Assembly: GCA_040285825.1 (NCBI GenBank)
Contig: JAUPSS010000004.1
Location: forward strand, 5,299,784-5,363,783
Direction: 5' to 3'
From: Eukaryota sp. TZLM1-RC
Lineage: Eukaryota > Protista > Metamonada: BaSk clade
DNA length: 64,000 nt
Part shown: in pieces, positions 25,223-36,212 of the stretch
How the letters are laid out: each line of letters starts with the position of its first letter
How positions within the stretch are numbered: the stretch's first letter is position 1
Translations under genes and position numbers: made by a program
The notes under the pieces: model-generated
Databases searched by the model: none
What the model was told of the DNA's origin: nothing
What the model saw: the letters and a program-made list of their open reading frames with translations, nothing else

Positions 25223-25539
25223 ATGGGGAACCTGAGCATACAGAAACAAAAACTTTTGAGACCGTTCTACAAATGCCCTAGTAGCATTTGGTAGATCCAC
25301 TTAGATACATCAAGTCGCGAGGCTTTGTTCTGTGAAAGCAGTAGGTGTATTTAAGTGAGGTAGCCCATTGATGAAGATCATGATTGTCTTTGTCAAATGA
25401 TGCTACATGTCTCTTACAGCCTGTGAGTAGACACTGAGGGAGTTGAAAACAGGAGTGAATTTCACAGGGGAATGCATGATAAGTGAAATTCACAGTACAC
25501 CTTAACTCCATTCTTCTATCAGTAGGTTAAAATAGAACT
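25223..25539 (+). ncRNA. Candidate omega-RNA scaffold of Fanzor B (boundaries uncertain)
   Basis: Hairpins CAAATGC/GCATTTG (25270-25290) and GTGAATTTCAC/GTGAAATTCAC (25455-25465 / 25483-25493); GGAGTTGA/TTAACTCC pairing; blocks shared with the Fanzor A downstream region. Confidence 0.55.
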
Positions 25540-25559
25540 CTTGTTTCATTGTTATAGAC
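25540..25559 (+). promoter_or_regulatory. Conserved 20-nt motif, copy 2 (CTTGTTTCATTGTTATAGAC), 13 nt before the KAE1 ATG
   Basis: Near-identical to the copies at 342-361 and 56461-56480. Confidence 0.7.
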
Positions 25560-25572
25560 AATATCCATTAGA

Positions 25573-26592
25573 ATGAAACCCCTGCATCAAATCCTTGCAC
25601 TCGGCATTGAAAGTTCTGCCAATAAAATAGGTGTTGGTATTGCTCGTGGAGATGGTGAAATCTTAGTTAACCCCCGACATACCTACATATCACCTCCAGG
25701 AGAGGGATTCCTTCCTGGTGATGCTGCTCAACACCATCGTAAGCACATCATATCGCTTATACAAGAAGCTTTTAACTCTGCTGGTCTTAAACCTTCTGAC
25801 TTGGACTGTATCGCTTACACAAAGGGTCCCGGCATTGGTGCTTGTCTTCACGTAACAGCCATCGTTGTCCGAACCCTTTCCCAACTCTGGAATCTACCCA
25901 TAGTTCCAGTCAACCACTGCATTGCTCATATCGAAATGGGTAAAGCAGTTACTGGTGCCGTCAACCCCGTTGTTCTTTACGTTTCAGGTGGCAACACCCA
26001 GGTGATTGTTTACTCTTTGGGAAAGTACAGAATTGCAGGGGAAACCCTTGATATTGCTATTGGTAATTGTATTGATAGAGTCGCTCGGCTACTACATTTG
26101 CCAAACGACCCCGCTCCAGGATTGTCTGTGGAGTTACTTGCCAAAAAGGGTACTTCACTAGTGGAGTTACCTTATGGGGTCAAGGGAATGGATATGGCTT
26201 TTGGAGGTCTTTTACAGCAATTAAGCAAAATAATTGAGCAAATGGATGAGCGGGGCTTGACAAAAGAAGATGTTTGCTTTACACTCCAAGAAACTATTTT
26301 TGCAATGTTGATTGAAGTTACCGAAAGAGCAATGGCCCATTCTCAGTCCAATGAAGTTTTGATAGTTGGTGGTGTTGGATGTAATTCTAGGCTTCAAGAG
26401 ATGATGTCTGTAATGGCAAAAGAAAGGGGGGCAAAAGTGTTCAGTATGGATGATAGGTTTTGTATTGATAATGGGGCAATGATTGCTTATGCTGGTGCTT
26501 TGGCTTTTGTCAGTGGTCAAACTGTGTCAGTAGAGGATTGTAATGTGACACAAAGATGGAGAACTGATGACGTGGCAGTGACGTGGCAGTAA
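25573..26592 (+). CDS. KAE1: tRNA N6-threonylcarbamoyltransferase, KEOPS subunit Kae1/OSGEP
   Basis: [71 protein letters not shown]. Confidence 0.97.
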   Translation: MKPLHQILALGIESSANKIGVGIARGDGEILVNPRHTYISPPGEGFLPGDAAQHHRKHIISLIQEAFNSAGLKPSDLDCIAYTKGPGIGACLHVTAIVVRTLSQLWNLPIVPVNHCIAHIEMGKAVTGAVNPVVLYVSGGNTQVIVYSLGKYRIAGETLDIAIGNCIDRVARLLHLPNDPAPGLSVELLAKKGTSLVELPYGVKGMDMAFGGLLQQLSKIIEQMDERGLTKEDVCFTLQETIFAMLIEVTERAMAHSQSNEVLIVGGVGCNSRLQEMMSVMAKERGAKVFSMDDRFCIDNGAMIAYAGALAFVSGQTVSVEDCNVTQRWRTDDVAVTWQ

Positions 26593-27394
26593 GGAGGGTT
26601 ATTAGTATTTAGTGTTTGTGTATATTAAGGAGTTGTTTTGATGTAATTTTTTTAAGTTTATTTTTTTTTTGGTTTTTTGTGATCAATGTTATAGTTGTTT
26701 TCTTTCGAGTTAAAGTATTGCTTGTATTTGGTCTTGATTATCTGATCGCAGGCGCTGGAAACCATGCACTGCTAAGATATACACGATTCACTGGAAATGT
26801 AATATAAAAGACCTGTTGCAATGTCGACAATCTAACAACTGACTTTAGACTGAATCACCTTTCTTCATCAGCAATTTCTTGAATGTGTAAAATATTGATC
26901 TAGTAAATAATATTCAGTGGCTCGCCTGATGACTACAAATTAATAACCAAGCTCCATGAGTGGGCAATGTTTTAGCTTCCAAGCATTGGTTAAGTACAAT
27001 ATTCCATTCAGAAGTTCTACAAAATTTGTCAAAACAAAATTTGACAAAATTTGACTAATTTATCAAGAAAAGAAAAGAATGATGTCTGAATTTTTGTTGA
27101 AAATTTTGATTGTTATAAAGTTTTTACTTTTTTTCTATGGAAACTATCTGTTTACAGTAAAAAATAGATTTCAATAAATCAAGTGTATTGAAATAATTTT
27201 CAAGTCGCTTAGTAGATTATGTTTCTCTTTTACCAATTGATTTTGATAATGGTCCAAATAAAAAACAACAGAAATATCTTACAACGTGACAAAAAAAATT
27301 TATTTACCATAAAAGACGGGATTCATACCATCGATACAAAAAGATAATAGGGGAATATTCTAATAAAGAGACTTTAAGCCGATGATATCTCTTT

Positions 27395-28960
27395 CTATTC
27401 TTCAACCCTAGTTCGTTTAACATCTCCCTCTTCTTTATTCCCATCAGCTTTCCGTTTGCCTAAATCCTCATCCTTTCCCTCCCTTTTTTCCTCTACTGTT
27501 TCCTCTTTCTTCTCAGGGAAGAGCCATGATGGTAGATCAGATCTGCGTACGTGAAAGATATCAACACTTAAAGGCACAGAGCGATCTTTTTGCTTGTGAA
27601 TAGTACCTTGAAACTCTAAAACAGCTTGAGTAAGGTTAATACACTTAGAAGAAGCAATAGTTCCTGGTGCAAGTGACACGTGTGATGACGTCTGAGGAGC
27701 TTGACTTTCCAGGACCAAGCCCAGAACAAAAGCAGAAACCCCGAGACTATCATTATCAAAAGACGAAGGCCAAGGATGACAATATTTAATATTTTCAGTC
27801 CTTTCTAGACTTTGTATTATTAACTTAAGTCTACTCTCCACATAACCTGTATGAAGCCGTCTGCCTTCTTCTGAGGTACTACTGATTTCTACAATTAAAT
27901 AATGTCTATACATCTTTAAAAATTGAACAGGTTCAAATACAGAGTCCCAATCACATTTACCTACATCAATTAAATTACAAATCTTATATCCCCTATGAAA
28001 TTCCCTTTTCATTACAGCCAAAGAAGAAGCAGTGACATTATAAGTACAATTCATTGCTGGATAGACTGGAGTAATAATTGGCATTAATTCCCCAGATTTC
28101 GGACTCCACACATCACCAGTGAACTTGCCATTAATATCCTCTACCACTTCATTGAGTTTGATAGCATTGGGCCACTGCCACTGGTCATACACGAAAAAGA
28201 ATCGGGAAAACAGAGTGGAAGGAGCCGCATTTGGGTATAACTGACAGATCCTTGCCACCATTATCGCCCAAGAAACACCTCCAAGAAACCCCATCGCATT
28301 GTTTTTAATACCTCTACGTTGCGACCAGAGCTTGACTGCACGTAGTGTAAGCTTAAAGTTGGTGATGTTAGGTACAAGACGCATGATTTCTTCAGCAACA
28401 CGAGGCCCATTAATCTGTCTCACGGAAGTTCTCTCAACATTGTTCAAGACTGACACATCCATTATATCGAAATCAGGAGGAATAGAGGTAAGCATTGTTT
28501 TACCTAAAACCAAATCTATGTCAACACCGTCAAAAGCAAACTTCATGACAGGGGTAGAAGCATGAGGAACGGCAACGAGTTCAGTAATGCCCGGTATAGC
28601 CTCCAGACGCGACTTTAAGTTTGTGAAAAAGTCATCCTTTTCGATGTGTTTTGGGGTAATACAGAGGACATCTATATCAGCCCCAGCAGAATGAACACCA
28701 AGTTTGTAGGAACCAAAGGTAAAAAGAGTAGGACTGCCTTCCGAGATGAGTTGCTCGGAATGAGACTTTTGACGGGAGACATCTGCTATCCAGTCTGAGA
28801 CAACTGAACCAAGCCGAATAAGGACTTGTTCCCTTTTACGAGCCTCCTCTTCAGTTTCAAAGACATGAACAGAACGCAGGTAGGACTCGAGTTTAACAGT
28901 AAGTTGACGATCTACATCAGTTGGATGAGCATAAGAAAGAACGTCCTTAGTATCGGCCAT
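27395..28960 (-). CDS. PAP1: Canonical nuclear poly(A) polymerase
   Basis: FGSYKLGVHSAGADIDVLC, NGPRVAEEI, GFLGGVSWAIMVARICQLYPN, MPIITPVYPAMNCTYNV, GYVESRL. Confidence 0.96.
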   Translation of the reverse strand: MADTKDVLSYAHPTDVDRQLTVKLESYLRSVHVFETEEEARKREQVLIRLGSVVSDWIADVSRQKSHSEQLISEGSPTLFTFGSYKLGVHSAGADIDVLCITPKHIEKDDFFTNLKSRLEAIPGITELVAVPHASTPVMKFAFDGVDIDLVLGKTMLTSIPPDFDIMDVSVLNNVERTSVRQINGPRVAEEIMRLVPNITNFKLTLRAVKLWSQRRGIKNNAMGFLGGVSWAIMVARICQLYPNAAPSTLFSRFFFVYDQWQWPNAIKLNEVVEDINGKFTGDVWSPKSGELMPIITPVYPAMNCTYNVTASSLAVMKREFHRGYKICNLIDVGKCDWDSVFEPVQFLKMYRHYLIVEISSTSEEGRRLHTGYVESRLKLIIQSLERTENIKYCHPWPSSFDNDSLGVSAFVLGLVLESQAPQTSSHVSLAPGTIASSKCINLTQAVLEFQGTIHKQKDRSVPLSVDIFHVRRSDLPSWLFPEKKEETVEEKREGKDEDLGKRKADGNKEEGDVKRTRVEE

Positions 28961-29048
28961 TAATCTGTGCTTTTGAAGCGCAAGAGGACCTATGTGATAT
29001 TTCTCGAGTCCTATAATAGCAGAAAAAATCGATTCCCCAATAAACTAT

Positions 29049-30327
29049 TTTTTCTTCTTTATTAGAAGTAAATGAATCTTTAATTCGAAGTCATGTGTTT
29101 TGTTCAGCAGATTTGGGTGGAATTGGATTCACCAAATCTTCGATTCTGTGTAAAGCAGCATTTTTGGGAGGTGGTAAAAATTTTGTTTTTGAATTTTTCC
29201 AAAGGTTCCCTTTTGATGTTCATCTGATCAATGGTGAATCAAATTTTTACTTGAATCAACTGCAATTTGAATTAGAAAATTTGCCTAGTGATATCTGGAG
29301 TCAGTGTTTTCCTCAAAATGTTCAAGAAATTCCCACTCGATCACTTCCAAATTTACGTTTTTGTTTGAAAAAGCTTCAGCACCATCTGGTTAAATTATAT
29401 GAAGGCTTGGATTATGAAGTAAGACTTGGCTTGGCCAAAACTAAAAATCCCGCTTTCGGTAATTTTTTAAAGGATATTCGTGATAGTTCAGCTGCTGCTT
29501 TAGTAACTCAAGTTCCCTCTGTTTATGGACTTTTGTTAAAAGACAATGAATGGCTTCTAAACATGCGTTTTCGTGGTTTTCTGTGGCCAAACAATTTGCC
29601 CAATCATTTAACTTGTAAATGTGGTAAACCTCTTTTGTTTACTCATCTTTTGAACTGTAAACATTTCATCACGTTTAGAAGCAAAGTGCATAATAACGTC
29701 AGGGACCAAATTTATGTAATGTGCAAATCATATCGTGTAGATTCCCTTTTAGAACCGCTGTTATCAAAATTAATTCTTGATGATCCCAATATTGATAGTA
29801 CGCGTTACAACAGAGCTTCTATGGGTCTGACTAGAGGTAATCTAGTTGTTCCTGGTTTAAATGGTAGTTTTACTATTTTGGACGCCATGTCTATTGACCC
29901 TTGTAATTCCTCTAACGAACATTTCATTAACTCGGATGTAAATAATCCTCTTCTTGCAGGCGAAAAATATAAAATTGCTAAATATGCGAAACCCATTTCC
30001 TCGGTTAATGAAAATTCTCATGCCCAATATAATTTATGTCCATTTGTTTTTTCTTTGCTTGGATCTCTAGGTAAGGCTGCTATGGCTTTCCTTGAGGATT
30101 TTGTTGTAGTTGTAAAGGAAAGAACTGGAAGAATTTTCAATCGTGTTTACTGGCAAAACAGGATTGTATTTTCTATTTTTAAGGGAATGGTAACACTAAT
30201 TTCTGATTCACTATCTTCTTTTGGGAAATTTTCTGAATCTTTAGCGATTAATTGTTTTGATGTAGGGGAGGCAGGTTTTGAGGATGTGGAGTTTTAATTG
30301 TGTATTTCATATTTGTTGTTGAATAAA
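29049..30327 (+). mobile_element. Family D retrotransposon, 5'-truncated, 10-bp TSD AATAAACTAT
   Basis: ORF 29095-30297 (GGIGF thumb, CKC..HLLNC, RLE). TSD at 29039-29048 and 30328-30337. Confidence 0.9.
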
Positions 30328-31238
30328 AATAAACTATGGAAAAGATTATACCATTGAATCCCGGAATTCGAGTAAATTAAAATTTACTGCTGTAATTCAT
30401 TAAGTGTTTCTTTAAGAATTTGGAATTTAAAGGTATGCTTCAGATTGTGTCAACAAAACAAACTTCATTGAACTTCAATACTGTGTATTTCATATTGGTT
30501 GTTGAATACAAATAAAGAGTTCATACTGTGTAAAAGAATCAGAAGATATAGAAAGAAAATCATTAAACCATAGTTTCTGCTACGAAATTCCAAGGATACT
30601 GGTGTTCTCGCCATAGTTTCTCTTGTTCCATGAAATGAACGAGTTAATTATTACGAATTGAATTCGTGACTGCCTGAAACAGAGATGACATCTTTTCATA
30701 GTTTTTTGAACCTATTTTGAGAAATCATTTAAAACTGCTTCCATTGCTTTTTTTCCGTTTTGAGAAAGTGGATATGTAATTAAAACAAGTTGTGTGTTTC
30801 CCTCACTGTTATCGTCAACATCTGTGTGTCATATTTTCAGTGTTTGGCTTTTTCTCTACGTTCAGGAGTAGCTCCAGTATCCTTCGATGCACAAAAACGC
30901 CATTTGCAAAAATTCAAAAGTACAAAATCAGCAACAACTTCAGAATTATCGATCCTATCCTAATTAACAACAATCTTTCATCTAAACCAAAAATGTTTAG
31001 AGACAGTCTTTCTCTCACACAACATTATTGTACATCACAATATATCCATTCATAAGACCACTGATATCCGGATCAACTACAAAAAGCTCAAGTGGTTGTT
31101 TCAATTTCTGAGCGTTTTCAGTTGGAGAGAGAGTATACTGTACACATTATTTTGAAAGTTTTTCCAGGAAATAGATAAAAGAATAGTTTTTGTCAGAAAA
31201 TATGGTTCAAAAGTTTCCTGGTTCCATTTTCAACAAAT

Positions 31239-34200
31239 TTTCTTCTTTTCTCACTCACTTTCAACGTCCTCCTTTTTCTTAACTTGACGTCCTATTGTCG
31301 GTTCGATTGAATTCCTCCAGTCTTAATGTCAGACACTCTCAGTGATACTGACTGGACTGCAAAAAGTACCGAACGTGATTTTGACAAACCAACCTCCTCA
31401 ACCACCAATCGTTCTCATTCTCCCCACCTGTCACTCCATGCTGGAAAATCATTGGAAAATAATTTAAATGAAAATTTTTCTAAACCCCGCCGCAAATGTA
31501 GTAAATGTCGAAAATCCGGACATAACATTGCAACTTGTCCGCTTATTCAAAAGGAAAAACTGAATGCTCGTGCTGCAACTGCTGATTTAAATTTTTCGTT
31601 ATGACACAATCCTGAAAATGAATTTTTAAGTGAGATTCCCGATAACACTCCCATCAAAGAAGATCAAAAGGATGAGAAAAAATGTGTTTTTTGTCAAAAG
31701 CTTGTTGCTGTCAATGATTCCGGTCGACGTTTACTTTTTTGTGATTCTTGTGTTGCTGCTGATCAGCTACGTTGTCCCATTCGTGTTCCTGCTCAGCTTA
31801 GTCCGTTGGCTTCGATACCTTTTGCTGTTGTTCTTCGTGCCTTTACTGAAAATCTCCGTAAAGGATTATGGGATGTTACGCCTATTTGGAAATTTTTTCT
31901 GAAAAAAGATAAAAAACTTTTATCGAAAAAATCAAATTTTAAAAGAAATGTTTTTTCGAAAGAAAAATTAATGAGAAAATTAGCTTTAAAAGGACGTTTT
32001 GGATCTGCAAAACAATGTTTATTTTCTTCTGATTTAGCTGAATGTAATGAAAGCACATTGTTCCAATTGAATCATCTTCATCCGGAAGAAAACTTTCATT
32101 GTACTAAACCAGGTTCAGTTGATTATTGGCTGCAAAATCCTGTCAATGCTTCTGAGGTATTGAAACAGATTCAGCAAATGCCTACTGGAAAAGCTCCTGG
32201 GCCATCTTTGTTGAATTTTGACATGATCAAATCAGCTGTTGGACAGTATCCTGAAATTGCTGATGATCTTGTTCTTTTTTTCAACAATCTTCTTACGTTA
32301 AAAATTAAAGTCCCTTTTGAGATGAACAGTGCTCGCTTAATTGCCCTTAAAAAAAGTGAATCCAAAATCCGTCCAATTGCAATTGGAGAATCGTTTTCAA
32401 GAATTCTTGCGTCTCTTGTTTTCAATAGAATTGGGAAAAAAGCCAAGAAATTTTTCAGTCCGTTTCAATTTGGAATCAAGACAATTGACGGTGCTTCTTC
32501 TGCTGCTCTTTCGTCGGATGTGTTCTTTAATTCTAGTGATTCTAATTACATCTTCAATTTAGATTTTAAGAATGCTTTCAATTCTGTATCTCGTTCTTCC
32601 ATTTTACCTTTGCTGCAAAAGCATTTTCCTGAAGTCGAGCCTTGTTTCTATTCATTTTATGGAAAATCATCCACATTGGTCTATGAAAACTTTGACCTGC
32701 TTTCGTCTTCAGGTGTTAAACAAGGTGATCCACTTGGTCCTTTTTTCTTTTGTCTGGCAATTCATCCATTAATGTGCGAATTGAAAGAAAAATTCCCAGA
32801 AATAGATATTGCAGCATACATGGATGACATTTCTGTAATTGCTCCTATTACAATTCTGAAACAAATAGCAACTTTTATTCAACAGCGTTATGAAGATATT
32901 GGTCTCTCATTGAATATCTCCAAATGTTTGATTATTGGCCATGAACCAATTGATTTTTTTATTAATGATGTCAATGTCGCCTTTATCAATTATGATCAGT
33001 CTGGTTTTCGTTTTTTGGGTTGTTATCTCGGAAATATTGATGGAGTGAAAGGCCAACTTTCGACTCTGTTGACTCAATTTGGAAATGAATTAGAATCAAT
33101 AGAAAATTTAAATATTGAGAAACATTTGAAATTCTCTTTCCTAAAAATCTGTTATTCTGGAAAATTTACTCATATTTTGAGATCTACATCACCATCAATT
33201 TCTTTGGAGTTTTGTCGCATTTTTAATGAACAAAGAACCAATTTTTTAGCAAAATTAATGGAAATTGATGCATCTCAGTTACGAAGCCACATTTTTTGTG
33301 GTACAAATTTTGGTGGTGTTGATTTTCATAAATCAAGCTACCTTTGTAAAGCTGCCTTTATTGGAGGTGGAAAGAATTGTATTTATGAATTTGTGAATCG
33401 TTTTCCTGAAAAAATTCATCTCATTGAAAATTGTGGCAGCTCTTACCTTATTTCTTTGCAACAGGAAATTGAAACACTTTCACCCAATATTTGGACTAAA
33501 TGTTTCCCCTCTGATATTGTGGAACTTCCTTCAAGAAGCTTGCTCTCCTTACCACTGACTTTTGCAAAATTGCAGAAAAAAATCTTGAAAGTTTTAGAAA
33601 ACTTGGATTATGTTGTACGTCTTAGCTTCGCTAAGGAAAAAAATCCCGTGTTTGCAAACTTTTTGATTGATCTTGAAGACAGTTGTTCAAGTTGCCTAAT
33701 CTCCCAAATACCCAACATTTATGGCCTTCTACTCAATGATCACCAATGGACCACTGCAATGAGAATGAGATGTTTTCTATGGCCTTGTTCATTACCAAAT
33801 GATTTAATTTGTCGCTGCAAGAGTGTTGTTACGCTTTCCCATATTTTAAACTGTAAGTATTTTATAAGTTATCGCTCAATTGTTCATGACTCAGTTCGTG
33901 ATCAATTATATGCCATGTGCAAAAGTTTCAATATAGAGGCATTTATTGAGCCACTAGTTCGTAAGCTGTCTTCAGATCAAACTGATGATTCCTTTGGTAA
34001 AAGAAGGGCAGATTTAGTAGCTCCAGGGATCGATGGTGTTCTCAATGTTGTAGACGTTGTCTCAGTGGATGTTTGCAAAAATTCTGCTGCTCGTTTAGTG
34101 TATTCCGCTGATTCGCCGTTATCTAACGCCGAAAAAAAGAAGATAAAAAAATATGAAGAACCTTTGGCACAGTTAGGTAGAGTGGAACATGTGAAATATC

Positions 34201-34512
34201 AGTTTGTGCCGTTTGCAATTTCTCTTTTTGGCAATATTGGACCTTCAGGATTGCACTTTTTTGAAAATTTTAAAAAAGTGTTACTGAATAGGTCTGGTAA
34301 AACAATGAACTCCACTTTCTGGTTAAATAGAATTGTTTTTTGCATTTTCAAGTCCATTCCAACAATGATTTCAAAGGCACTTTTAGCTATTGGTGCAGAA
34401 TATGAACGTAATGCTGTGAGTAGGTTCAGTAATGGTGACGCTTGTTTGGAGGATATTGAATTCTAGGTGGTTATTTTTATCTCAATAAATAATCCAGTTT
34501 TTTAAAAAAAAA
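31239..34512 (+). mobile_element. Apparently full-length family B CRE-like non-LTR retrotransposon (about 3.27 kb), 11-bp TSD TTTCAACAAAT
   Basis: TSD at 31228-31238 and 34513-34523; 87-nt pyrimidine-rich 5' UTR; AATAAA and A9 tail. Confidence 0.9.
31326..34466 (+). CDS. Single retrotransposon polyprotein (CCHC knuckle, CxxC-CxxC, RT, knuckle, RLE; about 1046 codons) with one in-frame TGA at 31602-31604
   Basis: ORFs 31326-31604 and 31806-34466 share a frame with no other stop between them. CSKCRKSGHNIATC; CVFC..CDSC; KAPGPS; IRPIAIGE; QGDPLGP; YMDD; RRADL..VDV..EKKKIKKY. Confidence 0.88.
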
Positions 34513-36212
34513 TTTCAACAAATAAGAAAAATATCTAGAATCATCTAGAAGTTATCCATCAATAATCAACTGAAATTCTGGAAACGACAGAAAGGGTATT
34601 TTGAAAATGCATTAAGTGTGTAATTTGAAATTGAAATCATCTTTTGAGCATAATTATATTATTGGCCTTTTCAGATGTACGTAAAGATGAATTGAAAAAG
34701 GTTGCATGTTTTTCATTATAGCCAATTGACCTACACATACAATGAAGTTGATCCGGGTCAGCGTCTTGACTTTTGATCTGCCAGTAACAAAAAAACAATA
34801 AAATGAATGGGTTAGAGTGACAGTTTGACCATATTCACAAATTAAAGCAAGAAACAAACGACGAAATATGACGAATACCTTTAAATTTCATAAAGAACAC
34901 TGTCTTTGTCAAAGAAAATTCCCCTTGTTTATGATGACGATTATTTTTCAATTTAATGTCATCCAATACATTTGCATTAATTTCAAATTTGGATAGGGTC
35001 TGTTATTGTCCCCATCGAAGAACCGCACATAAATTCGTATGGAATAAAACCAAATTTTCTGCTTTTAGTCGAATTTATTAATGGTTGGAATATGGGTACA
35101 CACGTTGACCAACTTGCATAATCATCAACATCTATTAATAGTTTTCTTGAGCATTGAAGAACGTCTCTATGTTTACGTTTTACAATTTCCTTTAAATCCA
35201 TTTGTAGTCCATTTTGGATTTGAATATGAGATTTCTGAAAACAAAAAACATTTACACAATAACACAGGTCTATGCAATATTATAAAAAGTTCCATGACAA
35301 TTTCAAAGAATTAGGTGTTGTATGGCCAATCGAATATTTCTTTACTAAATATGTGATCATTCCACGAAATAGTCTCACACATATATCTCTTACAACTGGT
35401 TCATCAATATCTTCAATTGACTTGTCTGAATTTGCAAAAATATCAGAACATGCACAACATATTAGTAACAAATTCAATGCAACAACATGTGAAAGGTGTG
35501 ACATATGTGACATGTCATATCTTGTATATAATATATGACATATAACATGGTGAAATTATACCTTTAACGCATGCGATTTTCTGTTCCACAGATAGTACTC
35601 AGAAAAAGGCTTCACTGTTTAAAACAGACAGTAGTAAAAATGGTGTTATTGTGATAAGGGTATTGGAACTTGTGCTAATATATCAGGTCGCGCAGTATTT
35701 GCAGGAAAGATTCAATATCTGTAGGGGTTTGTTATGGCTGATAATACTGATAATTATGAAGAATACTCATTTATCTCGTTTACGCAAGAACCCTTAATTC
35801 AAGTCCCATGTGGTTTATTGTTAAATCTTTTACTTGTTGTAAATAATCGTCTTGTGCATTGGTCCATTTAATTATTCTAGGTTTTTTTGGTTTTATTGCA
35901 GTTATTAATTCTCAATTACCAGGAAGCCAATCACTAATGTAATCAATTGATCCTACCACTAAGAGAACTTCTGTCACTGTTTTTAAACTTTGTATACTTT
36001 TTATCTAGGCTTCAATTATTTTCTTACTCATCCGCAACAGAATAGGTTAGACTGAAACTGTGTGGGTGTTAAAACCGTCCTTATCACTAAAGTCACCAAT
36101 TAACATAGGTGTCTATCATTTCGGTAAATTACTAGAAAATAATTGGAAGCAAATTTGCAGAATCTATCATTGGTTTCATCTGCTCATTTTAATTAATTCA
36201 ATAAATATTTAA

